A stretch of 64,000 bases of DNA, taken from positions 171,825 through 235,824 of the forward strand of contig JBFWNL010000001.1 of the NCBI GenBank assembly GCA_050251055.1, written 5' to 3'. Position numbers and translations under genes: made by a program. The DNA is from Bacteriovoracia bacterium. Its GTDB lineage: Bacteria > Bdellovibrionota > UBA1018 > JBFWNL01. Below, piece by piece: positions 49,493 to 59,226 of the stretch (positions are counted from its first letter, which is position 1; each line of letters starts with the position of its first letter). The notes under the pieces were generated by a model that was given only the letters and a program-made list of their open reading frames with translations, searched no databases and was not told the origin of the DNA.

Positions 49493-49629
49493 GCGAAGGC
49501 CCGGCCGGGTTTAGGGGCCGAGTAAATGCTCGGTAGGGGACCTGCTCCCGGCATCTCCAAAAATCACGCATGCGCGCCCGCCTCGGATCGCTACTAGCGA
49601 ATCGAGGCGGGCGCGGTTATTTTGTCCTG

Positions 49630-49923
49630 ATGGTGACAATGCAAATTTATATTTCCGGACGAGTTCAGGGCGTGGGTTTTCGTGCATTTACGCGGCGACA
49701 GGCGGAGCGTTATCCCTCGCTTCGCGGTTACGTTCGAAACCTTTCCGACGGCCGGGTGGAGGTTCTCGTCAGCGGGTTAGCCGCCGATTTGGAAGCGTTG
49801 GTCCGGGCCTGTCGACAGGGGCCGCCCCACTCCCGGGTGGACGGAGTAGAGGAACGGGAGCTAACGGAGGCTTCGCCGGGCTGGATTTCCCACGCGGAGC
49901 TGCCGAAATTCACGGTCCGCTAA
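49630..49923 (+). CDS. acyP: Acylphosphatase
   Basis: ISGRVQGVGFR, GYVRNLSDGRVEV, GPPHSRV. Confidence 0.92.
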   Translation: MVTMQIYISGRVQGVGFRAFTRRQAERYPSLRGYVRNLSDGRVEVLVSGLAADLEALVRACRQGPPHSRVDGVEERELTEASPGWISHAELPKFTVR

Positions 49924-49944
49924 CTGCCGGACGCCGTATGCGTT

Positions 49945-50217
49945 CTATTGAACGATGACTTTGAATTCTTTGCCGGGGCGGAAACGTGGCACGGTCATGG
50001 ACGGAATTTCCATTTCCTTGCCCGTTTGCGGATTGCGGCCGACGCGGGCCTTGCGGCGCAGGCGCGTGAAGGTGCCGAAGCCGGAAAGGGTGACGTCGTC
50101 GCCCTTCTTCACGCTCTTTTTGATGATATCGATGGCGGCATTGAGGGTGGCCTCGATGCTCGTTTTGGTTTGTTGGGTGTCTTTGGCAATTCGTTCAACC
50201 AGATCCGCTTTGTTCAT
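49945..50217 (-). CDS. hup: DNA-binding protein HU
   Basis: MNKADL...GFGTF...RVGRNPQTG...PRFRPGK. Confidence 0.92.
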   Translation of the reverse strand: MNKADLVERIAKDTQQTKTSIEATLNAAIDIIKKSVKKGDDVTLSGFGTFTRLRRKARVGRNPQTGKEMEIPSMTVPRFRPGKEFKVIVQ

Positions 50218-50438
50218 CTTCTGCGCTCAGCCTCCGAGATAGAAAACCTGTAATGGGTTGAAATGGAATGGGGCGAAGATAGTTTTTCTAGGTGCGTTAG
50301 TCAATCGGGTTTCCTGTCAAGCTAAATAATCCGAATTCGTCTCGGCGCTTTTTTTGCCGATTTCTCCTTGCCAAAGCCAAGGGCGGTCTTTAGCTTTAAT
50401 ATAAATAGGGCATTGAATTGACAGGGAGAAATCTAGTC

Positions 50439-50729
50439 ATGACCAAAGCTGATCTGATCGCGGTGGTTTCCGAAAAAGCACATCTTCAACACAAGCAAGC
50501 GGAGATGGTCGTTAACATGGTTTTCGATATGATGGCCGACGCTTTAAAGAAAGATGACCGCATCGAAATTCGTGGCTTCGGCTCCTTCGTCAACCGCAGC
50601 TACGGCAGCTACCAAGGTCGTAACCCTAAAACCGGCCAAGTTGTGAATGTTCCACCCAAGCGCGTGCCTTTCTTTAAGGTTGGCAAGGAGCTTAAGGAAA
50701 TGGTGGACTACCCGGAAGGCAAGAAGTAA
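50439..50729 (+). CDS. ihfB: Integration host factor beta subunit
   Basis: MTKADLI...RIEIRGFGSF...GRNPKTG...PFFKVGKELKE; upstream TTGCCA-17-TAGCTT. Confidence 0.88.
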   Translation: MTKADLIAVVSEKAHLQHKQAEMVVNMVFDMMADALKKDDRIEIRGFGSFVNRSYGSYQGRNPKTGQVVNVPPKRVPFFKVGKELKEMVDYPEGKK

Positions 50730-50768
50730 GGGCCGTTCGGGCCCGGCTCCATCCGAAATCGCTATCGC

Positions 50769-51590
50769 TTAGCGATTCTTCATCCAGAACCAGCCTAAGA
50801 TCACCGCCGCAAAAAGGCAGCGGTAGAAAAGCGCGCCGGCGAGCCCCTTGTTTTGAATCTGCTTCATGAGGCTACCGATCGCCATCAGCCCACAGAGAAA
50901 GCTCACCGCCACCGCCATGGAAAAAGTCAAGGTGCTGATCCCGCTGACGGACGTCGAACGCAGCTCCAGCAGGGTTTGTACCAAGAGCACCGGCCCGAAC
51001 GTCAGAAACGTGAACTTCGCGCAGGATTCGCGGCTATAGTTACGGAACAGACCTCCCGCAAAAGCCCCGATTTGACGGCCGCCTCCGGGTAGGAGGGACA
51101 CGCACTGGGCGAATCCCACCACGAGCGCGTCCACCCAGTTCCAGCTCAGCATGTTCTTCGTTCGGCGGTTAAGGCGATCGGCCAACCAGACGGGCACGCA
51201 GAGCAAGGCGAGGGAGCCAGCGACCCAGAACGGGGACCAGTTTTCTGGGCTGGGAAGCTCGATCTGCATTTGCCGGATGGTCAGCAGCAGCACGATCATG
51301 GGTAGATTGGCCAGGAGGAGAAAAAGAGGCATGCGCTCGTCGAGCGTCATGGGTTTTTTCCAAAGCAGGGTCACGCGCAGGCAGGATGACACGATGCTCG
51401 CCCAGTCATGCCGAAAATAGATCAGCACGGCGAGGCAAGCGCCTAGGGATAGGGGGCCCATCAGCCCGTCCTGGACGGTCGGCCACTCCAGCAGGGTCGA
51501 GATCGCCCACATATGCGCGGTTTCCCCGACTGGGATGAAGAGGGAGAATCCATAAACGGCGGCATATACGATGGCTTGAAAAGTGGTCAA
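50769..51590 (-). CDS. Undecaprenyl-diphosphate phosphatase (BacA/UppP)-like protein with degenerate motifs
   Basis: UppP topology (QAIV, LAVLIYFRHDW, DALVVGFAQCVSLLPG), but motif I reads YGFSLFIPVGETAH. Confidence 0.75.
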   Translation of the reverse strand: MTTFQAIVYAAVYGFSLFIPVGETAHMWAISTLLEWPTVQDGLMGPLSLGACLAVLIYFRHDWASIVSSCLRVTLLWKKPMTLDERMPLFLLLANLPMIVLLLTIRQMQIELPSPENWSPFWVAGSLALLCVPVWLADRLNRRTKNMLSWNWVDALVVGFAQCVSLLPGGGRQIGAFAGGLFRNYSRESCAKFTFLTFGPVLLVQTLLELRSTSVSGISTLTFSMAVAVSFLCGLMAIGSLMKQIQNKGLAGALFYRCLFAAVILGWFWMKNR

Positions 51591-51609
51591 ACGGGGGCTC
51601 CTCCCTGGC

Positions 51610-52014
51610 TTAGCCTTTCACGGCTTCGAAGAAGGCCAGGATGTCGTCCTGGCGCGAGGAAAAAGTCTTCTGTAGCCTTTCCCAATGCTCTTCCTCGTAC
51701 TGAATCAGGGTTAGGGAGAGTTGGGCGCGCTCGGCATTTAAATTTTCCAGTTCGTCGATCTTGGCGGTCGCTTCAAAAACGAGGTTCGGGGTGGCGCCTT
51801 CGGTTTCGACCTTCAGCAAGACGTGGTGCCCGCGGGCCCCCGTGTTCACCGGAACTTCGACGGAAAGACCCTGCTCCAAGAACTCCACCAGCTGAACATC
51901 ACGCTTCTTGGGGTCCTTAAGATGTCCGCCGACCTCGGTGTTGGTGGTGATGTTCTTTAGCCCGATCTTAAGCGTGATCGATTTGAAGTCGTCGGGATTC
52001 AGGAGGTCTTCCAT
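51610..52014 (-). CDS. Hypothetical protein, degenerate PilZ-like barrel
   Basis: Beta-strand pattern (LVEFLEQGLSVEV...FEATAKI...LSLTL) without RxxxR/DxSxxG. Confidence 0.45.
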   Translation of the reverse strand: MEDLLNPDDFKSITLKIGLKNITTNTEVGGHLKDPKKRDVQLVEFLEQGLSVEVPVNTGARGHHVLLKVETEGATPNLVFEATAKIDELENLNAERAQLSLTLIQYEEEHWERLQKTFSSRQDDILAFFEAVKG

Positions 52015-52073
52015 ATCCTCGATATTCTATGCTCCGGCCCTCGGGCCGGGCAACCTCAAAGACGAGGATCAGC

Positions 52074-53606
52074 TTAGCGGTTGCTGATTTCCTGCGCGTA
52101 GGCGTCTTTACCGGCCTGCAAAAGCTTCAGGTAGAGATCCTGGTCGACCACGACGCCGCTCTTCTCGTATTCAAGATAAAGCATGCGAATCAGCGAATAA
52201 GGATGCGCGCAGCCGGAGAGGGTCTGCAAAACCTGGCGGTAGGCTTCCACCACGTCTAGATCCCTGAGTTCTGGGGTGGCCATCCGGATCCGATGGAAGC
52301 GCGCGCCCGGGGTGGCGGAGCGCTCCATTGCTTTCAGTGCCGCGAGCAACGGCTCCATGGCCTTGGCTGTGCATTGGCTAGCCATGCCCGTGAGGTGGGT
52401 GTAAACGCGGTCGGATCCGCCTAGCTTGACGAACTCGATCTCGGCCTTGAGCGCGGGATCGCGCGACGGCTCGACCATGGCCTCCGCATCGTCCAGTGCC
52501 GGGAAAAATGCAAATTCGGTGGAGGGCGCTACATCCTTGGGTAAGAGTTTACGGATGGCCTTGAACTGGCGCGCGATTGCGCGCGCGGTGGAGTCCCGGC
52601 TGCTGTCCAATGCTTTCAAGAACGAGTCGAGCACGAGTTTCGTGTTCGTGGCGGTCAGGTTGGCCGCGGATGGACCGGTGAGGAAGTTCATGTACATCTT
52701 GAACCACAGGGCCAACGTCTGCTTTTGCACCTTCTCCCCGTAGCCTTTGGGCCAAAACTCGTCCGGGTCGATATAGTAGCCGCGAAGGTGATCGGGGATC
52801 GCCTTCCAGTTCAGCAGCCCTTGGGGGAGGGGGTATTTGGAGGTGCCGCCGAAGCGGCAGCCAGTCATCTTAAATCCAAGGCCCGATTTCTTAACGCGGT
52901 AATCACCTAGGCAGATCTGCTCGAAGAAAAAGTCGCGAACGTCGGGTTCGAGTTCCACTGCAAATTTGCCGACCTCGCCCAAGGCGTCGAGCTTTCCCGG
53001 GCACGCGTTCAAGGTGTCTTTTATGGTTTTCTCATTGAAGAAATATTTTTCGAGAAAAGTAAGCCAGGTCGTGGCGTAGTCTTCCGGGGTCGAGAGGTCC
53101 GGCCACGTAAATCCCGTGAAGTTAAAGAGTCCGGCTCGGCTGTTCTGAAAGATGTCGGTTACGCAAACCTGGCCTCGTAAGCAGCCTTCCTTTCGGTAGC
53201 CGACCTTGGCTTCGGCTTCGGTGGCCGCCGGTGAGTTCTTGATCTTCTCGACTGGGCATCCCTGAAACTGCTTTGCTTGCTGGGCTCGCAGGGTATCTTC
53301 GTGCTGGGTGAGTCTTGAACACACCTCGGCGTCGCAACCATTGGTAATTGTCACGGTCTGCATGCGGTGGCACGCCGCCACGAATTCCCGGCATTTTAAG
53401 TCGTCGGGACCTTTGCCATCAAGATCAGTCCAAAGGCGCAAACAATAGTCCCGCGCGGTACTGCCGTAAGACTCGACGCCCGCGTAGTACTGGAAAAAAC
53501 CGTGAAAGTAGATGCCGTCAAAGTCGCAATCAGCGGACGCGGAAACCGGAGTTCCGAGGAGCCCCCAAGCCAAACCGATGGTCATAAGCGTGCCAGATAG
53601 CTTCAT
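52074..53606 (-). CDS. Secreted Cys-rich hypothetical protein (last gene of the AAA+ operon)
   Basis: Signal peptide MKLSGTL...ASA; ATGA overlap; N-terminal FF...C...C-x6-C...D-x3-C pattern like the sibling genes. Confidence 0.75.
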   Translation of the reverse strand: MKLSGTLMTIGLAWGLLGTPVSASADCDFDGIYFHGFFQYYAGVESYGSTARDYCLRLWTDLDGKGPDDLKCREFVAACHRMQTVTITNGCDAEVCSRLTQHEDTLRAQQAKQFQGCPVEKIKNSPAATEAEAKVGYRKEGCLRGQVCVTDIFQNSRAGLFNFTGFTWPDLSTPEDYATTWLTFLEKYFFNEKTIKDTLNACPGKLDALGEVGKFAVELEPDVRDFFFEQICLGDYRVKKSGLGFKMTGCRFGGTSKYPLPQGLLNWKAIPDHLRGYYIDPDEFWPKGYGEKVQKQTLALWFKMYMNFLTGPSAANLTATNTKLVLDSFLKALDSSRDSTARAIARQFKAIRKLLPKDVAPSTEFAFFPALDDAEAMVEPSRDPALKAEIEFVKLGGSDRVYTHLTGMASQCTAKAMEPLLAALKAMERSATPGARFHRIRMATPELRDLDVVEAYRQVLQTLSGCAHPYSLIRMLYLEYEKSGVVVDQDLYLKLLQAGKDAYAQEISNR

Positions 53607-54999
53607 GGTGCGCCGATCTCCGTTTGGAGTTGATCCAGATAGGTTTTTGCTCGGGCGGTCGTATCTTGATACAGAGAAAACCAGCGTACCCGCTCGCCGA
53701 TGACGGGGCGATCGAGCTGTAAAAATTTCGCCAGTGCTTCCGCCGAGAATAGACGCTGTAGGCGCCTCGCCGGGCTCTCTGTGCGGTCGGTGATCACCGC
53801 CTCCATCGTAGCGATATAAACATAGGCGGCAACCGCCTGCCTTTGGGAGGCAATCGCGACCGGCCACCGGGAAGGCTCGCTATCTAAGGTGGACGCAATA
53901 CGAACCAGCGCCGGCAAAATAGCCGGGTTTTCACGCACAGCGGTCTGGATTTTTTCTCCGGCCAGTGGGAGCGAGTCCTTCGTGCGGAAGTTTTCGATCA
54001 CCGCGTGATGCGGAGCGGTTTTAATCTCCGGAAATGTCAATTCCGCAGGCGTGTCCGCGGCGCTGAGCCCTCGGCGTATGGCTTCGTCAACGTAAAGCTG
54101 GGCCAAGGGTTGATAGAGGCGCGCGCGGCTCATGCCTTTGGGGTATCTTTCGCCACTGACATGGGCCAAGAAGTCACGAAGGTCGCGCACAAGTCCGGAG
54201 TCGGATTGGTCACCCGCGGTCACAAGCCGCTCGTGGAGGGTGCGTAGATAAGCTTGCAAAAAGCGATCGTGGTAGAGGTGGGCGTATAATTCGACTTCGA
54301 ATGTGCCCAGCTTAATTTTCTCCGTTCTCCCGAAGAAATTGATTTTTTGAACGATCGGCTTATCGGATTTGGGGTACATGCCGAGAATCACCCGCTCGTA
54401 GTCAGCGAACGAAATTTTTGGATCAAGTCTAGGGATGACGGTGGTCGGGTAAGCATCCCACGGGCGCTGGCCGCCAATAGATGATCCGAAATGGGGATGC
54501 ACGGTGGTGATGAGTTCCTGCCACGCTTCTTGAGCCTCTTTCACCGAAGCCGTGGGCAAGGTACCGCCCACCGACAGCACGGGTGCGCCGCGGTCGGTGT
54601 ATTCCACCCCGCAAGCGTGCCATTCGGGAGGCCCATTTCTGCGTCCCCCGCTCGCGCGGAGAATGGTTCGCAGTATTCTAATGTTTCCTGCCATTCTTTT
54701 GTCCCGAAGTCGACCTTGGGAGCAGGCGGCGTGGGGGGAAGAATCGTCTGGCAAAGCGCGCGATCCTGCTCGTCGTGCGGATAAGGACCGCCGGGCTCTC
54801 CCGGTTTAGTCCTCAGTAGCTGACGGCACACGCGTCGGTAGAGCGCGCATTCGTCCGAAGCCTTCTCCTGGGTTCCTGGACATTGACGTTGCAAATCGGC
54901 TCGGATGAGTTCGGATGCGAAAAATTCATGGGCCTGCGCTGACGTCACGCCACCGAGGAGCACGATCGACGTTAAGGAAAAGAGTCCAAGACGGTTCAC
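53603..54999 (-). pseudogene. Secreted paralog-family protein split by a frameshift (ORFs 54541-54999 and 53603-54754)
   Basis: Signal peptide and Cys N-domain lie in one frame and the family C-domain in the -1 frame; one extra G in the G5 tract at 54645-54649 would fuse them into about 465 aa. Confidence 0.7.
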
Positions 55000-55988
55000 T
55001 TTTTCTTCTCCTTACCGTTTTTCTTAGGGGTTTCCACGACGCTTTTTCCTTCGAGTTTGGGCCAGAGTTGCTCAATGTGTCCGACGCTAGTGAAGTTTTT
55101 CGCGGCCCCTTCCGTATCAATGCGGATATCCGCAAGCAGCCGGCGGTGGGACTCGGCGACGGCGTCGAGGCTCTTGCCCAAGAAGGCAGCGGGGGTTCCG
55201 CAGACAGCCGATACCTTGCCCACCACATACTCGGTGCCACTGACGACCATGGGCGGGAGTTCTTGGTATATCGACTTGAGGATTCCGATTACTTCGCCAG
55301 AGTTATTGAGCAGGGGGCTGCCGGAATTTCCGGGGCGCGCGGTACAGCCTTTCATATCGACGTTTAGCTTTTCGAAGCCGGTGGTAGAGCACATCTCGAT
55401 GTCGAGCGTGGCGAGATACCCGATGCGGGGTTCGGAAATATAGCGAGCATCGAAAGTGGATGAAATCTTCCAGGGATGCTTCGGAAAGGAATCGGACTTC
55501 GCCGCAATCGGAAGCGGTTCCACGCCTCGGATGGAAACCGGCTCCTCAAGCTCCAAGATCGCGATGTCCTGTTCAGTGCTGTCATAGGTGATCGCGGTCA
55601 TTTGGTACGTTTGGATCTTGCTTACCGCCGCTACGGCGTTTGAGGCGAGATTTGCATCTTGGGGAAACTCACGAAAGATCGCCTGGACGCGGACAAATTG
55701 CTCCGGCCGCCGCGCGATGCAATGGTGGTTCGTCATTACGAACTGTGAGCCGATGAGGAAGCCCGTACACGCGCTGATGTCGTCCATCTTTTCGCCAGCC
55801 GGTGTTTTCATGAGCTTTTCGACGACGAGGGTGGCCACGGCGGCGCGTGCGCGCGCGACGCCCTCGGGCATCACGGTGCTTAAATCGCTCGAGTCCGCGA
55901 GGGCGGCACTCGATGTGAACCCGAGCGCAAGGGCTAGCGGCAGCGCCAGTCCCGCGGGGGAGAAGCCGTCAGTGGATCTCGATCGCAT
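54996..55988 (-). CDS. Secreted trypsin-like serine protease
   Basis: Signal peptide; CTGFLIGSQFVMTNHHC, DIAIL, PGNSGSPLLN. Confidence 0.9.
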   Translation of the reverse strand: MRSRSTDGFSPAGLALPLALALGFTSSAALADSSDLSTVMPEGVARARAAVATLVVEKLMKTPAGEKMDDISACTGFLIGSQFVMTNHHCIARRPEQFVRVQAIFREFPQDANLASNAVAAVSKIQTYQMTAITYDSTEQDIAILELEEPVSIRGVEPLPIAAKSDSFPKHPWKISSTFDARYISEPRIGYLATLDIEMCSTTGFEKLNVDMKGCTARPGNSGSPLLNNSGEVIGILKSIYQELPPMVVSGTEYVVGKVSAVCGTPAAFLGKSLDAVAESHRRLLADIRIDTEGAAKNFTSVGHIEQLWPKLEGKSVVETPKKNGKEKKK

Positions 55989-58900
55989 ACCCTTCGTCCT
56001 TCGTGCCTTGCCCCTCTACGACCACGCGCAAAGTTTTTCCGGCCAAGTCGTTTAGCGTCAGCGTAGGCTTGCCAGTCGCCGGGTCCTTGTGCTCAAGCAT
56101 TGCGCCAAGGAGGTCATAAAAGAGCGTATTGAGGAGGTAATCCAATCCGGTTTCCAGGGGACGCGCGCCCGTACTGTCGCGCCCGTAGTTATCCCGTACA
56201 AGCTTCTCGTAAACCGGCTCGGAGAACTCGATCTTGTAAGTCGCCTTGGGGCGCTTGGCGAGCGCGTCCTTGGCCATGAGCTTCGCTAGCGCCAAGCCTT
56301 CTTCTTGATTGAGGTTGGTGTAAACTAGCCAGTTTTCGAGCGGGATACGCCCGATCGTCCAGTCGGGCATCGCGTTCTTGGCCCGCATCTCCCCTTGAAT
56401 TTCTTTAATCAAAGCGTTCTGGGAGACCATCAGCTGTTGTTTATTGTAGTTCCGCCAGTCGGGGTTAGCCTCTTCCCAGGCCTTGATTTTCCCGATACCA
56501 AAGTTCGACGTCATGAAGATCACCCCGCGGTTGAACACGGCTTTGGCGCCGCTCGTGCTTTTGATCCAGCCTTCATCGAAGAGCACGTCAAACGCCGTGA
56601 TGATTTCTCGATTCGCCTTGTCCACTTCGTCAAACAGCACGAGGCCCGTTTTGTTCTGGTTCATGAAGTCGATGAGCGGCGCGCTGCCGTACCCGACATA
56701 CCCATGCGGCGGACCGAGCAGGCCGTCGACCTTGTGCTCTTCCTTGAACTGCTCCATTTGCCAGGACTCCATCTTGACGCCGAAGTAGCCGGAAAGGGTC
56801 TTGCCGGTGAAAGTTTTGCCGGTCCCCGAGCCGCCGAGAGCCAAGAATAGGCAAACGGGTTTGTTGGGCACGATGCCGCCCTGATAAACACGCCGGCGAA
56901 AGCAGTCGACTACCCGGTCCTTCATGCCGCGTTGACCGATGATCTTGGCGTCTAGTGCGGCGCGGAGGGCCATCACTTTTTCCTCGTCCACGTAAGGAAC
57001 GGGGATCGTCATTTTCTTCGTGGCGGCGAGCAGGTCCGGCAGTTCCACTTGCGCGGATCCCGCGACCCCTTGCAGTGACATCTTTTCGGCAAGCGCCGTG
57101 ACCGCTTCTTCCAGAATGACCATGTCCGAGGCGGGGTGTGGCGTTTCCGGGAGCTGAGTGCCGGCGATTTCAATAAGCTTGCTTTCGAGTCCTGCCGCTA
57201 AGCCGACGCCGCGTTCGGCCGCGAAGGCGTCCGCCCGCATGCGGATGAATTGGGGGAGTTCACGCTTCATGTCGTAGTCGGGAAAAGCGTGGTCGTGCAA
57301 GGTAATCCGTAGCGCTTGCTTTTGATTGAGTTCGCTCGTCTGCTCGTTATTGCCCGAGGTGCTGGCGATCACGATTACCTGGCCCGACTGGGCAGCGGTG
57401 AGAAGGTCGTCGATGAGATCCCCGCCGTTACCGCCCATGCCGATCATCCGCTCGAGATTACGGAAAAAGAGGATAACGCGCTTGTAGCGGGCGGCCGCGA
57501 TGATGTTGGACATCTTTTCCTTCGAGAGGTCGGCTTTGCCCTGGGTGCCCAGGCTCGCGATGTCGATTTCGAAGATGTCCCAGGCGGCGGCAGAATCCTC
57601 GGGCGCTTTGGCGAGCTCTTGGGCGAGGCGGATGACGAGATCGGATGCATCCATGGCTTCGCCCGCTCGAATCATAATATTGCGTGGCTTCTCGAAGTTC
57701 ACCCGTTTACGAAACTCTTCGTAACGCACGGGCAGAAGGGGGCCGGGGCCGACCCGTCCTTGGCGCACGCCGGTAACGAGCGAGCGGCCAAATTTCTCGA
57801 TGGAAGCCGAGGCGGTCTCATCGAACGGCGCACGTACGGCCACGATTTCGGCGGCGGCTGCGGGCTTGCCATTCGGCCCGGCGGCTCGCGGACGCGTAAA
57901 GGTTTGCGAGAGGTTTTCCTGACGATTCACCATCTGGATGCCGTTGATATCGAGCACGAACTGATATTTTCGCGCGTAGTCGTTCCAGTCGAGCTTAAGC
58001 TTGTCGTTCAGAACCGTCTGCTGGCCGTCTTTACCCCAGAACTCCAGCGAAATGAGCCCTTCCCGTTGAAGTACGACATAGACACCATCGGCATTGGGAT
58101 AGGCTTGGGCCGGACAGCTGCCGAACGAGCGCGACTCCGTCGCGGATGACCACACGAGGTTGCCCGTAAGAAAGAACATCTTCGATTTGCCGGGTTCGTA
58201 AAGCTCGATTTTATACTGACCGCTCGGATCGAGGATGCGGGAGTTTGGCTCCGGCCAAATTGAGGCCGGCGTCTGTCCGGGAGGAGATACCTGCGGCTGC
58301 GCGGCGAGAGTGCGCGAAGCCGTGGTGGGAAGGGAAGTCGTGGGGCCTCCCTGTTTTCTTTCCTTCTTCTCCTTGGCTTCCGCTTCGGCTTCTTCTTCCT
58401 TGTCTTTTTCGGCGGGCGGCGCGTCGGGCTTTTTGCCGCCGGCAGCTTCCGGCGTTTTCTTCGGACCAGTGGCGTTACCGCCACCGCTGGCAGCCTTGAG
58501 CTCGGTTTGGACGGCCTCCGATTCAACGCTAAAAATTTCCCCGAGAGCCGAGCGTAGATCTTGCGCCTTGGTCTCCGGATTTAAGAAGAAGGTTTTGCCT
58601 TCGTTATCGGCCGTGATCTTATCGAGCTGGTCGGCGTACATTTTGTCCTGGCCGACGTGCACGACGCTGAATCCATTTTTGCAGGCGGACTTATGTTTAG
58701 GCAAGGTGGCCATGAGCCGCTCGGGGCCGGCTCCACCACAGCTATGCTCACCGTCGGTGAGCAGCACGACTTGCAGGCAGCCTCCACCCGCATAGGCGTC
58801 CATTTCCTTGTTCGCCAAGGTCAACGCGCCCGTGATGTCGGTGGCCCCCCCACAGACGATCGAGTTCATGGCCGCCATGAATTCTCCACCGTTGTATTCC

Positions 58901-59226
58901 TTGCCCACTCGAATGAGCACGTTGGCGGTGCCGGGCCCGCATCCGTTAAACGTAATAAGCCCGAGGGAGTACGGGTTTTTTTTCTTATCGAGCTTTGCCA
59001 CGATATCCGCCGCCGTAAGCTGCACCTGGTGCAGCATTCCTTCCGGAGGAGTCATCGAACCCGAGATGTCGAGCACGAACAGGAAATCTTTGCGGGCACC
59101 GCGGACGATTCCGGCGTCGCCTCCGACCGGAGGGTCAGCCAGGGCGTTCAAGTAGGTGAGTCCCAGGAGAAGCGTCGTCACCCAAAAGGATCGAACCAAG
59201 AATGGCAAGTAACGGGCGCGGCTCAT
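55969..59226 (-). CDS. Signal peptide + vWA + ClpA/B-type AAA+ ATPase (degenerate D1, intact D2)
   Basis: MIDAS DISGS/T/TDG; D2 GGSGTGKT, GPPHGYVGYG pore loop, LFDEVDKA, MTSN, GRI, GARPL. Confidence 0.88.
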   Translation of the reverse strand: MSRARYLPFLVRSFWVTTLLLGLTYLNALADPPVGGDAGIVRGARKDFLFVLDISGSMTPPEGMLHQVQLTAADIVAKLDKKKNPYSLGLITFNGCGPGTANVLIRVGKEYNGGEFMAAMNSIVCGGATDITGALTLANKEMDAYAGGGCLQVVLLTDGEHSCGGAGPERLMATLPKHKSACKNGFSVVHVGQDKMYADQLDKITADNEGKTFFLNPETKAQDLRSALGEIFSVESEAVQTELKAASGGGNATGPKKTPEAAGGKKPDAPPAEKDKEEEAEAEAKEKKERKQGGPTTSLPTTASRTLAAQPQVSPPGQTPASIWPEPNSRILDPSGQYKIELYEPGKSKMFFLTGNLVWSSATESRSFGSCPAQAYPNADGVYVVLQREGLISLEFWGKDGQQTVLNDKLKLDWNDYARKYQFVLDINGIQMVNRQENLSQTFTRPRAAGPNGKPAAAAEIVAVRAPFDETASASIEKFGRSLVTGVRQGRVGPGPLLPVRYEEFRKRVNFEKPRNIMIRAGEAMDASDLVIRLAQELAKAPEDSAAAWDIFEIDIASLGTQGKADLSKEKMSNIIAAARYKRVILFFRNLERMIGMGGNGGDLIDDLLTAAQSGQVIVIASTSGNNEQTSELNQKQALRITLHDHAFPDYDMKRELPQFIRMRADAFAAERGVGLAAGLESKLIEIAGTQLPETPHPASDMVILEEAVTALAEKMSLQGVAGSAQVELPDLLAATKKMTIPVPYVDEEKVMALRAALDAKIIGQRGMKDRVVDCFRRRVYQGGIVPNKPVCLFLALGGSGTGKTFTGKTLSGYFGVKMESWQMEQFKEEHKVDGLLGPPHGYVGYGSAPLIDFMNQNKTGLVLFDEVDKANREIITAFDVLFDEGWIKSTSGAKAVFNRGVIFMTSNFGIGKIKAWEEANPDWRNYNKQQLMVSQNALIKEIQGEMRAKNAMPDWTIGRIPLENWLVYTNLNQEEGLALAKLMAKDALAKRPKATYKIEFSEPVYEKLVRDNYGRDSTGARPLETGLDYLLNTLFYDLLGAMLEHKDPATGKPTLTLNDLAGKTLRVVVEGQGTKDEGYAIEIH

